DNA of 64,000 bases from Oscillospiraceae bacterium (GCA_015068305.1 SVKV01000010.1:902-64901); one strand, 5' to 3'; shown: positions 35,961 to 46,159, counted from the first letter of the stretch. Made by a program: numbers and translations. The notes: generated by a model from the sequence alone, not told the origin.

Positions 35961-36209
35961 TTATGCGTTCTTTACAGCCTTCAGAGCCTGTGCCAGCTGA
36001 TCGGGGCAGGAGGTGGTCTTCATGCCGCAGCGGATGCCCTCCACACGGGCGATGACATCGTCGATGTCCATTCCCTCTACCAGAGCGCCGATGCCCTTCA
36101 GATTGCCGTTGCAGCCGCCAAAGAACTGCACATTGTGGACCTTACCGTTTTCAACTTCAAAGGCAATCTCACGGGAGCAGGTGCCCTTGGTCTTGTAATT
36201 GTATTCCAT
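35961..36209 (-). CDS. TIGR03905-family TSCPD-domain protein
   Basis: KGTCS...FFGGCNGN...TSCPDQL cysteine pattern. Start taken at MEYNYKT (36209). Confidence 0.75.
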   Translation of the reverse strand: MEYNYKTKGTCSREIAFEVENGKVHNVQFFGGCNGNLKGIGALVEGMDIDDVIARVEGIRCGMKTTSCPDQLAQALKAVKNA

Positions 36210-36331
36210 GTTGTGATTCCTTTCTGTATTCAAATCTTTCCGTATTATACGATACTTTTCATATCCTTTCAAGTGGGAATTTTCTGCTGATTATCGGTTA
36301 TCCTAAGAAAAATCAACTGGGAGGAACCATT

Positions 36332-37027
36332 ATGGACAGAAAGCCCGATGCGGATATGAAAGAACAGGACCGGGAGCAGATCCGGGAACTGGGCTCGGAC
36401 ATTACAAAAGGGAAGGACGGGAGTATCTATACGCTGACCATCATCGGACAGGTGGAAGGACATCAGGTGCTGCCGGAAAACTGCAAGACCACCAAGTATG
36501 AGCATGTTTTGCCCCTGCTTGCGGGAATTGAGGAGAGCGAGGATGTTGACGGTCTGCTGCTGCTTCTGAATACCGTGGGCGGTGATATCGAAGCGGGACT
36601 TGCCATCGCGGAAATGATTGCGGGTATGAAAAAGCCCACGGTTTCTCTGGTGCTGGGCGGCGGTCACTCCATCGGTATTCCGCTAGCTGTCTGTACGAAA
36701 AAGTCCTTCATTACGCCCACTGCAAGCATGACGGTGCATCCGGTGCGGATGACCGGGCTGGTGGTGGGCGCGCCCCAGACCTTCCGCTATTTTCAGCGGA
36801 TCCAGGAGCAGATCGCGGATTTTGTTACCACCAACTCCGGCATCAGCAAAGAGGATTTTGAACACTATATGATGGCCACCGGAGAAATGGCAACAGATGT
36901 GGGCACGATCCTCTACGGAAAGGAAGCTGTGGCATCGGGGCTGATTGACGAATTGGGCGGACTGAATGATGCTCTGTCCTGCCTTCATAAAATGATTGAA
37001 GAGAATCGGTCGAAACGGGAATCCTAA
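36332..37027 (+). CDS. tepA: ClpP-fold serine protease-like protein (TepA/SDH family)
   Basis: IIGQVEGH...LLLLNTVGGDIEAGLAIAEMI pattern. Position upstream of ftsK/spoIIIE matches the Bacillus arrangement. Confidence 0.7.
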   Translation: MDRKPDADMKEQDREQIRELGSDITKGKDGSIYTLTIIGQVEGHQVLPENCKTTKYEHVLPLLAGIEESEDVDGLLLLLNTVGGDIEAGLAIAEMIAGMKKPTVSLVLGGGHSIGIPLAVCTKKSFITPTASMTVHPVRMTGLVVGAPQTFRYFQRIQEQIADFVTTNSGISKEDFEHYMMATGEMATDVGTILYGKEAVASGLIDELGGLNDALSCLHKMIEENRSKRES

Positions 37028-37048
37028 AGATTCCCGTTTTCGTTATTT
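37014..37048 (+). terminator. Intrinsic terminator after tepA
   Basis: Stem AACGGGAAT/ATTCCCGTT spanning the stop codon, with T-rich sequence downstream. Confidence 0.7.
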
Positions 37049-37163
37049 CAACGAAATTCCCCTGGAACTTTACAACATAATTTAAGAATCTGGTACTGGA
37101 AATTCCCATGGCAATATGATACAATAAATTGAAAAATTATGATTAGGAGGGATAAGTGCGGAT

Positions 37164-37994
37164 ATGAATATTCTTGAAAGCATTGTATTTGGCTTGTTTT
37201 CCGGCTTATCGGATGTTTTGCCTGTTTCGTCCCAGGCACATAAGGCGATTATTCTGAAGCTTTTTGGTGAACATGAGGAGAATCCGGTTCTCCGCCTGTT
37301 CATTCATATTGCAATTCTGGCAGCTCTCTACTATAGCTGCAGCAGCCATATTATGCGCATTGTCCGGCAGATCCGTCTGTCCAAAATCCCCAAGCGCAAA
37401 AGAAAGCGCCCTCTGGATGTTCAGATGCTGATGGAGTTCCGGCTGGTACGCACCATGATCATCCCGGTGCTGCTGAGTCTGCTGCTGTATAACAAGACTG
37501 CTCCCTGGGGCACGAAGCTGCATCTGACGGCGCTGTTTCTGCTGCTCAACGGCGTGATCCTGTTTCTGCCGAACCTGCTGCCCACCGGAAACAAGGATGC
37601 CCGTTCCATGTCGGGCCTTGAGGGTCTGCTGATGGGCCTTGGTGCCTCTGTTTCTGTTTTGCCTGGTGTTTCTTCCGTGGGCGGTGCCCTATCTGTGGCA
37701 TCGGTCTGCGGAGCGGAGCGGAGCTTTGCTTTGGGTACCACCTATCTGATGCAGATGGTTCTGACTATCGGACTGATCGGATTTGATCTGGCTGCGGTTT
37801 TTGCTGCCGGCATCAGCGGTCTGAGCGCCGGGGTGCTGCTTGGCTATGTTCTGGCGGCAGCAGCTGCCTTTGGCGGTACATATCTGGGCATCCGGGCCAT
37901 GCGGATGCTGGCTGTCAATATCGAATACAGCATTTTTGCCTACTACAGTTTTGGTGCGGCATTGCTTTCTTTCCTGCTGTATCTGATGGTTTGA
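37164..37994 (+). CDS. Undecaprenyl-diphosphatase-like (UppP/BacA family, divergent motifs)
   Basis: Eight-TM architecture and size fit UppP. The motif positions read VLPVSSQAH and LPGVSSVG rather than the PISSSGH and PGxSRSG forms I remember. Confidence 0.6.
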   Translation: MNILESIVFGLFSGLSDVLPVSSQAHKAIILKLFGEHEENPVLRLFIHIAILAALYYSCSSHIMRIVRQIRLSKIPKRKRKRPLDVQMLMEFRLVRTMIIPVLLSLLLYNKTAPWGTKLHLTALFLLLNGVILFLPNLLPTGNKDARSMSGLEGLLMGLGASVSVLPGVSSVGGALSVASVCGAERSFALGTTYLMQMVLTIGLIGFDLAAVFAAGISGLSAGVLLGYVLAAAAAFGGTYLGIRAMRMLAVNIEYSIFAYYSFGAALLSFLLYLMV

Positions 37995-38004
37995 GGAGGT
38001 AATT

Positions 38005-40755
38005 ATGGCAGAAAAGAAAAGCAATTCCCGTGCCTTGAAGGCCGTGAATGAAACCAAGAAGAAGACGGGCAATCCCACGGCATCCGTCAAGAAGCCGGAG
38101 CCTTCCGAGCCTAAGAAGAATGCTGTCCAGGAGACACAGGAGCCTGCGATTCCGGTCCGTGCGCTGCTGGCTGTGTTGACTCTGGGCCTGTTCATCTTTT
38201 TCCTGTTTATGGGCATCAAGCCCGAGGGTGCTCTGCTGCAGGTATTTTATGCACTGCTGACCGGTCTGGTGGGCAAAGTCGGTTTCTTTTTCTCGATTCC
38301 TGCATTGCTGTACCTGTTTGTGATTATTGTTTCCAGTCGGAATCAGCCCATCAAAATGCGCAGCATCTGTCTGATCAGCTTTGTATTGCTGTGCAGCTGT
38401 ATCCACCATCTGGCGGTGAACAATCAGACCTTCATCGGCGGTTTCCGGGTGATTTCCGATCTGTATGTGGGCGGCATCCACGGAACCAGCGGCGGACTGA
38501 TCTGCGGTCTGGCAGCGATGGTGCTCCGTTGGGCCTGCGGCGATATTCTTTCCTATGTGATTCTGGTTCTGGCAGCCATTCTGACACTGCTTGCATCTCT
38601 GAAGATCACGATCCCCAGCATCATCCGTGCCATTCAGAACCGGCCCCGGGATGACTGGCAAGAGGAAGATAAGCGTGAACGTCCGGAGCCTGCTGCAATG
38701 GTGGTTAACCACATTGCCAACAAGCGCATTGAGCACAACCGTCAGATCCGGGAAAAGAAGAAGCAGGATCTGGAGGACTTTGCCTATGAAGAGCCTGCCA
38801 AGAAGAGCCGCAGACCTGCGGTCCAGCAGGTTTCTGCGCAGTCTGCTCCGACTACTGCTCCCGCAGTACCCGTGAATACAAAATCCAACGAGGAGCGGGC
38901 AGCGGAGCTGATGAGTCAGATTGCTGACTTTGATGTTCCGGAACAGTCCCAGAGCAAGAGCGAAGATCTGACAGTCCGGTTTGATGTGACTGCCAAATCC
39001 ATTCCTACCTTTGAAAAGAGCACTCTGGATATCCCTGCAGAAGAGGATCCGCTTCCCCGGAATATGCCCACCTTTGAGCGCAATTCTCCCATCCCCGATG
39101 CACCGAAGATTCAGAAGCAGGCGCAGCTGACGACCCCCAATGCCAAGGTGACCTCCAAAGAGGCTGCTGAATCTGCACAGCAGGTTGCCGATGAGATTGC
39201 GCAGAACCAGGCAGTTCTGAAGCCTGTGTATTGCTTCCCGCCCATTGATCTGCTGAAGCCCCCGACCCGGAGCACCTCCGACGGCACGCTGGAAATGAAG
39301 GAAAATTCCAAGCGGCTCAATGAGACTCTGGCCAGTTTCAAGATCGATGCCCATATCATCAATGTGACCCGTGGCCCCAGCGTGACCCGCTATGAGGTGG
39401 AGCTGGATAAGGGCGTGCGACTGAATAAGCTGACATCCTGCGCCGACGATATCGCACTGAGCCTGGGTGCATCCGGCGTCCGCATTGCAGCGGTTCCCGG
39501 CAAGATCTCTGTTGTTGGCATTGAGGTGCCCAACCGGTCTGTCACCAATGTCAATCTCCGGGAAGTTATTGATTCTGCGGAGTTCAATAAGTCCAAATCC
39601 AAATCCACCTTTGCTGTTGGCAAGGATATCGGAGGCACCTGCATCGTTGCAAACATTGCCAAGATGCCTCATATGCTCATCGCCGGTACCACCGGTTCCG
39701 GTAAGTCCGTGTGCATGAACTCCATCATCATCAGCCTTCTGTATAAGGCAAGCCCCGAAGAGGTGAAGCTGATCATGGTGGACCCCAAGATGGTGGAGCT
39801 TGGCATTTATAATGGCATTCCCCATCTGCTGATCCCTGTGGTCACCGACCCCAAGAAAGCTGCAGGCAGCCTCCAGTGGGCGGTTACGGAAATGCTCCGC
39901 CGGTATAAGATCATGTCTGAGGCCGGTGTCCGGGATCTGGAATCCTATAATTCCATGGTTGCAAACGACGAGATCGAGGGCGAAAAGCTGCCCCAGATCG
40001 TGGTGATCATCGACGAGCTGGCAGACCTGATGCTGGTTGCGGCCAAGGAAGTGGAAGACTCCATCTGCCGCATTGCCCAGATGGGCCGTGCATCCGGTAT
40101 GCATCTGATCATTGCCACCCAGCGTCCCTCTGCGGACGTGATCACGGGCCTGATGAAGGCCAATATTCCTTCCCGCATCGCGTTCTCCGTTGCATCTGCT
40201 ATGGAATCCCGGATCATTCTGGATACCATGGGTGCGGAGAAACTGGTGGGCAAGGGCGATATGCTTTTCTCTCCCATCGGCACCGGCAAGCCCCAGCGTG
40301 TACAGGGCTGCTTCGTGACAGACTCGGAAGTGGAGGCAGTTGCAAATTACGTCAAGCAGCACTATGTTGCCGACTATGACCAGCAGGTTCTGGAAGAAAT
40401 TGAAAAGAAAGCGGTGCAGACCGGAAACAAGAAGGCTGCAACTGCGGAACCGGAACCCATCGGTGATGAACTGGACGGCGATGAGATGCTCCCGGCAGCC
40501 GTGGATGTGATCCTGGAAACGGGCCAGGCCTCTGTTTCCATGCTCCAGCGGCGTTTGAAGCTCGGCTATGCCCGGGCTGCCAGAATTGTGGATGAAATGG
40601 AAGAGAAGGGCATCGTCGGTCCCTTCCAGGGCAGTAAGCCCCGGTCCATTCTGATCACCAAGGAGCAGTGGGAGGCCAAAAAGAACGGCACTGACCAGCA
40701 GATGCAGATTGATGATCTGCCCTTTGATCCGCCTGTGCCCGACGAACTTCTGTAA
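38005..40755 (+). CDS. ftsK: DNA translocase FtsK/SpoIIIE
   Basis: N-terminal TM segments, long linker, motor domain with Walker A GTTGSGKS, and a C-terminal gamma domain (LQRRLKLGYARAARIVDEME). Confidence 0.95.
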   Translation: MAEKKSNSRALKAVNETKKKTGNPTASVKKPEPSEPKKNAVQETQEPAIPVRALLAVLTLGLFIFFLFMGIKPEGALLQVFYALLTGLVGKVGFFFSIPALLYLFVIIVSSRNQPIKMRSICLISFVLLCSCIHHLAVNNQTFIGGFRVISDLYVGGIHGTSGGLICGLAAMVLRWACGDILSYVILVLAAILTLLASLKITIPSIIRAIQNRPRDDWQEEDKRERPEPAAMVVNHIANKRIEHNRQIREKKKQDLEDFAYEEPAKKSRRPAVQQVSAQSAPTTAPAVPVNTKSNEERAAELMSQIADFDVPEQSQSKSEDLTVRFDVTAKSIPTFEKSTLDIPAEEDPLPRNMPTFERNSPIPDAPKIQKQAQLTTPNAKVTSKEAAESAQQVADEIAQNQAVLKPVYCFPPIDLLKPPTRSTSDGTLEMKENSKRLNETLASFKIDAHIINVTRGPSVTRYEVELDKGVRLNKLTSCADDIALSLGASGVRIAAVPGKISVVGIEVPNRSVTNVNLREVIDSAEFNKSKSKSTFAVGKDIGGTCIVANIAKMPHMLIAGTTGSGKSVCMNSIIISLLYKASPEEVKLIMVDPKMVELGIYNGIPHLLIPVVTDPKKAAGSLQWAVTEMLRRYKIMSEAGVRDLESYNSMVANDEIEGEKLPQIVVIIDELADLMLVAAKEVEDSICRIAQMGRASGMHLIIATQRPSADVITGLMKANIPSRIAFSVASAMESRIILDTMGAEKLVGKGDMLFSPIGTGKPQRVQGCFVTDSEVEAVANYVKQHYVADYDQQVLEEIEKKAVQTGNKKAATAEPEPIGDELDGDEMLPAAVDVILETGQASVSMLQRRLKLGYARAARIVDEMEEKGIVGPFQGSKPRSILITKEQWEAKKNGTDQQMQIDDLPFDPPVPDELL

Positions 40756-40834
40756 TCTGTAACGGTAATTCCGTTGTAGATAAATATTTGCATCCCATCC
40801 GCATTTGACGGAGGGACAGCTGGAGGTATTACAA

Positions 40835-41416
40835 TTGAAAAACAGTAAAATCGGACGTATGACTGCGCTGGCATTGCTGATCGCGCTGATCGTGGTGCTG
40901 CAGTCCCTGGGCGGTATGATTCCTCCCATCGGCGGATTCACCATTTCCCTGGTTTTGATCCCCATTGTCCTCGGTGCGGCCCTGTACGGCCCCGGAGCAG
41001 GAGCCCTGTTGGGCGCTGCATTCGGTATACTGGTCATCATCGGATGTGTCAATGGCACGGATGTGGGCGGACAGATGGTGTTCCAGGCAAATCCTTTCCT
41101 GTGCATCCTTGTGGTCATGTCTAAAGGAATTCTGGCAGGCCTTTGCAGCGGTCTTGTCTATCGTTCCCTTGCACCCAGAAACGGCACACTTGCCATGGTT
41201 CTGGCAGCAATCGTTTGTCCTGTGGTCAATACCGGCTTCTTTGTTGCCTGCATGTGGGTATTCTTTATCGATGTTCTGGCTGCCTGGGCCGGCGGCGGAA
41301 GCATCATTGGTTACGTATTGACCGGCCTCGTGCTGTGCAATTTCGTACCGGAACTGATCATCAATGTTGTTTTCAGCTTTGCTGGGCTGAGAATTGTCCG
41401 ACTGATCAAAAAATAA
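40835..41416 (+). CDS. ECF-transporter S component (substrate unknown)
   Basis: Six hydrophobic segments and size of about 193 aa. TTG start at 40835 lies 8 nt after GGAGG. The track ORF starts at TTG 40805. Confidence 0.6.
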   Translation: MKNSKIGRMTALALLIALIVVLQSLGGMIPPIGGFTISLVLIPIVLGAALYGPGAGALLGAAFGILVIIGCVNGTDVGGQMVFQANPFLCILVVMSKGILAGLCSGLVYRSLAPRNGTLAMVLAAIVCPVVNTGFFVACMWVFFIDVLAAWAGGGSIIGYVLTGLVLCNFVPELIINVVFSFAGLRIVRLIKK

Positions 41417-41429
41417 AATACTGTATCGT

Positions 41430-41464
41430 AACCCGGCAGCGGTTTTGCTGCCGGGATTTTTTTA
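41430..41464 (+). terminator. Intrinsic terminator
   Basis: Stem CCCGGCAGC/GCTGCCGGG, followed by ATTTTTTT. Confidence 0.85.
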
Positions 41465-41510
41465 TGCCCCGGTGATGAATGCATCCGCATCTGCATAGGC
41501 TTGGGTAGGA

Positions 41511-42347
41511 GTGATGCAAATGATGTGTGCGTGGCAGCAATTGCTGAATATTCTGCCTGGGTGGCTTTCCGGGGAAGTGGACATGCATGAGAAAAAGAAA
41601 CTTCAGGAGATCAGGCTGCGTCTGGGTGCCCTTCCGGAACTGAAAACAGCCTGCGGTAGCATCTGGCTGAACAGGAGTGTATCCTCTGAGGATCTGAGTT
41701 TTGTTGTTAATGCAGCTTCCCGGTATTCTCCCTGGACCGCCGCAACCGTTGCCCAGGGGTTTCTGACCGCGGCAGGGGGCCACCGGATCGGCCTCTGCGG
41801 TGACACCGTCATCAAAAACGGCAGTGTGGATGGAATCCGGCAGATACATTCACTGTGCATCCGGGTTGCAAGGGATTATCCGGGAATCGGAACTGCAATA
41901 GGAGGCTTTCGCGGTTCGATTCTGATTCTCGGACCACCCGGAAGCGGAAAGACAACACTTTTGCGGGATGTACTGCGGATCATTTCTGCAACCCAGACCG
42001 TTTGTGTGGTGGACGAGCGGGGAGAGCTGTTTCCGGAATCTTTCACCAGAGGAAAGAGGATGGATGTGCTGAAGGGCAGCCCAAAAGCAGAGGGGATCGA
42101 TATGGTCCTGCGTTCCATGGGACCTGAGTGCATCGGTGTGGATGAGATTACATCGGAGCAGGACTGCGAAGGACTGATCCGGGCCGGCTGGTGCGGTGTC
42201 CGGCTGATTGCAACAGCCCATGCATCGTCCCTTGCGGATTTGAAAACCAGACCGGTGTACAGGAAGCTTTACCTGTGTAATCTGTTTGATCATATTGTTG
42301 TACTAAACCGGGACAAGTCCTGGCATGAGGAGAGGATGGTTGTATGA
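41511..42347 (+). CDS. spoIIIAA: Stage III sporulation protein AA (ATPase)
   Basis: Walker A GPPGSGKTTLLRD. First gene of an 8-gene spoIIIA-type operon. The exact start is uncertain (GTG 41511 or ATG 41514). Confidence 0.85.
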   Translation: MMQMMCAWQQLLNILPGWLSGEVDMHEKKKLQEIRLRLGALPELKTACGSIWLNRSVSSEDLSFVVNAASRYSPWTAATVAQGFLTAAGGHRIGLCGDTVIKNGSVDGIRQIHSLCIRVARDYPGIGTAIGGFRGSILILGPPGSGKTTLLRDVLRIISATQTVCVVDERGELFPESFTRGKRMDVLKGSPKAEGIDMVLRSMGPECIGVDEITSEQDCEGLIRAGWCGVRLIATAHASSLADLKTRPVYRKLYLCNLFDHIVVLNRDKSWHEERMVV

Positions 42348-42856
42348 CCGGAAAAATCATTGGTGCAATGCTGATTATCGGCGGCTGCGGGGCCTTTGGC
42401 TACGCAATCGCTGCGTCCTACCGAAAAGAGGCAGCTGCGCTGCGACAGCTGATCAGTGCGCTGGATTTCATGCAGTGTGAGCTTCAGTACCGATTAACAC
42501 CCCTGCCGGATCTGTGTGCGATGGCGGGAAGAGAGCAGAAGGGAATTGTGGGGCGATTTTTGAAGGAACTGTCCCTGGAACTGGAGAATCAGATTTCTCC
42601 CAATGTTTCCTGCTGCGTATCCGCGGTGCTTGCAAAATCGGACCGGATACCGGGACGGCTCCTGAAGGCCCTGGAGCTGCTGGGAGCCTCTCTGGGAAGA
42701 TTCGATGCCGAGGGGCAGCTAAAGGGTTTGGAGCATGTGCGCAGCTTCTGCCGGGAGGAAGTGGATAAATTGGCCGACCAGCAGGATGTCAGACTTCGCA
42801 GCTACCAGACTCTGGGTCTTTGTGCCGGTGCCGCATTGGCGATTTTGTTTGTATAG
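42344..42856 (+). CDS. spoIIIAB: Stage III sporulation protein AB
   Basis: Operon position, N-terminal TM segment and size. ATGA overlap with spoIIIAA. Confidence 0.8.
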   Translation: MTGKIIGAMLIIGGCGAFGYAIAASYRKEAAALRQLISALDFMQCELQYRLTPLPDLCAMAGREQKGIVGRFLKELSLELENQISPNVSCCVSAVLAKSDRIPGRLLKALELLGASLGRFDAEGQLKGLEHVRSFCREEVDKLADQQDVRLRSYQTLGLCAGAALAILFV

Positions 42857-42857
42857 C

Positions 42858-43052
42858 ATGGAGATTGATCTGATTTTCAAAATTGCGGCCATCGGCATCA
42901 TTGTATCCATCCTCAATCAGGTGCTGTCCCGGTCCGGAAGGGAGGAGCAGGCTACCATGACGACTCTGGCGGGCCTGGTGGTGGTTCTGATGATGCTGGC
43001 TCAGAAAATTGCACAACTGTTTGATCTGGTGAAAACCCTGTTTGAATTCTGA
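42858..43052 (+). CDS. spoIIIAC: Stage III sporulation protein AC
   Basis: 64-aa two-TM protein (IFKIAAIGIIVSILNQVL...), similar to SpoIIIAC as I recall it. Operon position fits. Confidence 0.8.
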   Translation: MEIDLIFKIAAIGIIVSILNQVLSRSGREEQATMTTLAGLVVVLMMLAQKIAQLFDLVKTLFEF

Positions 43053-43447
43053 TGGATAAGTTTTTACAAGGCTGCGCAGCAGTATTGATTGGGGTCATTC
43101 TGATTTTGCTCATCGGAAAGGACCGGAAAGATTTAGGGCTTCTGATTTCTGTGGGTGTCAGCTGTATGGTTGCGCTGACTGCGATGCAGTATCTGAAACC
43201 GGTTTTGGATTTCATTCACCGTCTGGAATCGGTTGGAAATCTGGAATCCACCGGAATACGGATTTTGCTGAAAGTGATCGGAATCGGAATCCTCAGCGAA
43301 ATTGCGGCGCTTATCTGCAGCGATGCAGGAAACAGTTCTCTGGGAAAATCCCTGCAGTACCTTTCTGCTGCGGTGATGCTCTGGCTGTCGCTGCCCCTGT
43401 TTACCATGCTGATGGAGCTGCTGCAACGGATTTTGGGTGAACTATGA
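43052..43447 (+). CDS. spoIIIAD: Stage III sporulation protein AD
   Basis: LKVIGIGILSEIAALICSDAG signature. Operon position fits. Confidence 0.8.
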   Translation: MDKFLQGCAAVLIGVILILLIGKDRKDLGLLISVGVSCMVALTAMQYLKPVLDFIHRLESVGNLESTGIRILLKVIGIGILSEIAALICSDAGNSSLGKSLQYLSAAVMLWLSLPLFTMLMELLQRILGEL

Positions 43448-44484
43448 GACGCATATTCATTGTCATTTTCCTGATTTTGACCATTGCATACCCGGTAAAT
43501 GCGCTGGAGCTGACGGCACCCCAAGTGCCGGAATTTGCAGAAGAATTTATGCCCCCGGAACCCCAGAACTTGCAGGAGGGAATCCGTGCTGTTTTATTAC
43601 AGGCTCTGCAGCATATCCGGCCGGATCTGAAGTCCGCTTCTTCGGTATGCATCAGCATTACGGCAGTTATGATGCTGATGAGCATCCTCCGGACGGTTCC
43701 GGGCAGTCATGAGCGGGTCACAAATCTTGCGGGTGCCCTGGCGATTTCGCTGCTGCTTCTGAATACCTCCGGCTCTATGATCAATCTGGCGGCGGAAACG
43801 GTCAGACAAATCAGCGAATACGGAAAGCTGTTATTGCCTGTGATGACGGCTGCCCTTGCTGCCCAGGGAGGGCTGACTTCTTCTGCCGCGATCTATGCGG
43901 GGACAGCGCTCTTTGATACGCTGCTGAGCAGTCTGATCAGCTCCATTCTGATCCCGATGGTTTACTTTTATCTGGCCATGTCTGTTGCCGGCTGCGCCAT
44001 CGGAGAGGATATGCTGAAAAAATGCAGGGATGCTATTAAATGGCTCATGACCTGGGTCCTGAAAACGATTCTTTATATATTCACCGGCTACATTACGGTG
44101 ACAGGCGTAGTCAGCGGCACCACAGATGCATCGGCGCTGAAGGCGGCAAAACTGACTATTTCCGGAGTCGTACCGGTGGTGGGGGGCATCCTCTCTGACG
44201 CCTCGGAAGCAATTCTGGTCAGCGCCGGTGCCGTTAAGAATACAGCAGGAATTTACGGTCTTTTTGCGGTAATGGCAATCTGGATCGGGCCCTTTCTGAA
44301 GATTGGAACCCACTATCTGATGTTTCGGATCACCGGAATCATGTGCAGCATCTTCGGGGGAAAGGGTGTGTCGGAACTGATCCAGGATTTTTCCTCGGCT
44401 CTGGGACTGCTTCTTGGAATGACCGGTGCCCTGTGTCTGATGCTGCTGATCAGTCTGATCTGCTTTATGCGGGGGGTGGCTTGA
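43444..44484 (+). CDS. spoIIIAE: Stage III sporulation protein AE
   Basis: Signal or TM start followed by a multi-pass permease-like body. Operon position fits. Confidence 0.8.
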   Translation: MRRIFIVIFLILTIAYPVNALELTAPQVPEFAEEFMPPEPQNLQEGIRAVLLQALQHIRPDLKSASSVCISITAVMMLMSILRTVPGSHERVTNLAGALAISLLLLNTSGSMINLAAETVRQISEYGKLLLPVMTAALAAQGGLTSSAAIYAGTALFDTLLSSLISSILIPMVYFYLAMSVAGCAIGEDMLKKCRDAIKWLMTWVLKTILYIFTGYITVTGVVSGTTDASALKAAKLTISGVVPVVGGILSDASEAILVSAGAVKNTAGIYGLFAVMAIWIGPFLKIGTHYLMFRITGIMCSIFGGKGVSELIQDFSSALGLLLGMTGALCLMLLISLICFMRGVA

Positions 44485-44960
44485 TGAAAGAACTGGCAAA
44501 CTATATTCTAAGCGTGACGGCTGCGGCGGTGATTGTCAGCATCGGTGCCTCTCTTTTCAGCGAAAAAAGTTCAGCCGGGACCATTGTACGGATGGTTGGA
44601 GGACTGTTTCTGACATTTATCATGCTGTCACCGGTAACAGACTGGAATTTTGAGACAGTTTCTGCATTTGCCCATACATATGCAGCAGTCGGTGAAGAAG
44701 CGGCAGGGAAGGGCCAGGACCTGGCGGAAGAGAAGACCCGGGAAATCATAACCGGGAAGACCTGCGCATATATCTTGGACAAAGCAGAAACACTTCATGC
44801 GCAGCTGACCGTGCAGGTAATTCTGTCTGATGAGGAACTGCCGGTTCCGGAACGGATTTATCTGACTGGGCAGGTATCCCCCTATGCAAGGAGCATGCTG
44901 CAGCGGCTGATCGAAGAGGAACTAGGAGTACCGAAGGAGCGCCAGATATGGACTGGATAG
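44484..44960 (+). CDS. spoIIIAF: Stage III sporulation protein AF
   Basis: TGATG overlap with spoIIIAE. Two N-terminal TM segments followed by a soluble domain. Confidence 0.75.
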   Translation: MKELANYILSVTAAAVIVSIGASLFSEKSSAGTIVRMVGGLFLTFIMLSPVTDWNFETVSAFAHTYAAVGEEAAGKGQDLAEEKTREIITGKTCAYILDKAETLHAQLTVQVILSDEELPVPERIYLTGQVSPYARSMLQRLIEEELGVPKERQIWTG

Positions 44961-45445
44961 GTTGGAAAGATCGGCTCAGCGGGCTGATTGGGAAATACAA
45001 ATTCGTGCTGCTGATTCTTTGCGTGGGGATTCTGCTGATGACCCTGCCGGAGAATTCCCCTGAGCCGGAGCACAGTCATCCCGTCACGGAACCGGAGCAG
45101 ACCGATACAGCAGAGGAGCTGGAAGAGATCCTTTCCCAGATTTCCGGAGTAGGAAAGGTTCGGGTGATGCTGACGGAAGCGGCCGGAGCGGAGACAGTCT
45201 ATCAGACGGATGAGGACCGGTCACACTCGGATAATTCCCAGTCCGTCAGAACGGAAACGGTGCTGATCTCTCCCGGGAGCGGGGAACAGGGTCTCGTGAA
45301 ATCGGTAACACCGCCGGTGTACTTAGGTGCCATTGTAGTTTGCCAGGGTGGGGGAGATCCGGCTGTTCAGCTACTGGTTTCCCAGGCAGTATCGGCTGTT
45401 ACCGGGATCGGAACCGACAGAATAACGGTATTGAAAATGAAATGA
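44948..45445 (+). CDS. spoIIIAG: Stage III sporulation protein AG
   Basis: TM segment, acidic linker, and a ring-forming-like C-terminal domain (GVGKVRVML...GAIVVCQGG...ITVLK). Confidence 0.8.
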   Translation: MDWIGWKDRLSGLIGKYKFVLLILCVGILLMTLPENSPEPEHSHPVTEPEQTDTAEELEEILSQISGVGKVRVMLTEAAGAETVYQTDEDRSHSDNSQSVRTETVLISPGSGEQGLVKSVTPPVYLGAIVVCQGGGDPAVQLLVSQAVSAVTGIGTDRITVLKMK

Positions 45446-45462
45446 ATGGGAGGCATTCAATT

Positions 45463-46014
45463 ATGAAAACCTGGAAGAAGAATCTTGTGGCTGCTGCCGT
45501 ACTGGTGACAGTTTGCACCGGGATCTACGTAAACTGGCTCTATACGGAGCAGCAGACTGCCAAAGAGCTGACCGATGTGCTGGATGCAGAAAAGGTGATG
45601 TCGGAAGATCTGCTGGTTCTGAATGAAGCGGAAGGGTCTGTGTCCCAGGAGGTTGCCAATACCGCAACGGATTACTTTGCGGCAGTCCGTCTTTCCCGGC
45701 AGCAGGCAAGAGACAGCGCGGTAAACCTGCTTCAGGAGGCCATGGCCTACAGTGACCAGACCAAGGCAGCAGAATCCTCTGCGGAACTGGAAGACATTGT
45801 ACAGACAGCGCTGACGGAAGCCCAGATCGAAAGCCTTGTCATTGCAAAAGGCTATACCGACTGTGTGGCCTATATGAGCAGCGAAGGGGTTTCGGTTGCA
45901 GTTTCTGCACCGGAAGGGGGACTACAGTCCGACGATGTGGCAGTGATCGCAGATATCGTAACCAGCCAGTCGGAATATACCCTGGAAGAAATCCGGATCG
46001 TGGAAGTAAAATAG
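45463..46014 (+). CDS. spoIIIAH: Stage III sporulation protein AH
   Basis: N-terminal TM segment and a SpoIIIAH-like C-terminal domain. Last gene of the operon. Confidence 0.75.
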   Translation: MKTWKKNLVAAAVLVTVCTGIYVNWLYTEQQTAKELTDVLDAEKVMSEDLLVLNEAEGSVSQEVANTATDYFAAVRLSRQQARDSAVNLLQEAMAYSDQTKAAESSAELEDIVQTALTEAQIESLVIAKGYTDCVAYMSSEGVSVAVSAPEGGLQSDDVAVIADIVTSQSEYTLEEIRIVEVK

Positions 46015-46017
46015 GGT

Positions 46018-46047
46018 AGGCCCCGGAGCAATCCGGGGTCCTTTTCC
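46018..46047 (+). terminator. Intrinsic terminator after the spoIIIA operon
   Basis: Stem CCCCGGA/TCCGGGG with loop GCAA, followed by CTTTTCC. Confidence 0.65.
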
Positions 46048-46079
46048 GTGAAATCTTGAGATGTTCCCTCAGAAAACAG

Positions 46080-46107
46080 TTGTAATTTCCTGATTTTGTG
46101 ATACAAT
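46080..46107 (+). promoter_or_regulatory. Sigma-A-like promoter for the asp23-nusB operon
   Basis: TTGTAA, 16-nt spacer containing TGn, then TACAAT. Confidence 0.55.
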
Positions 46108-46159
46108 ATGAAAAAGTATGTCATGCGGTAAGCTTGACAAGTTTTAGGAGGAATTCTCT

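Noticed and set aside
37915-41118. 1067-aa minus-strand ORF antisense to ftsK/spoIIIE
   Set aside because: Same reasoning. The opposite strand carries a complete FtsK with Walker motifs and a gamma domain, and the antisense product has no domain signature.
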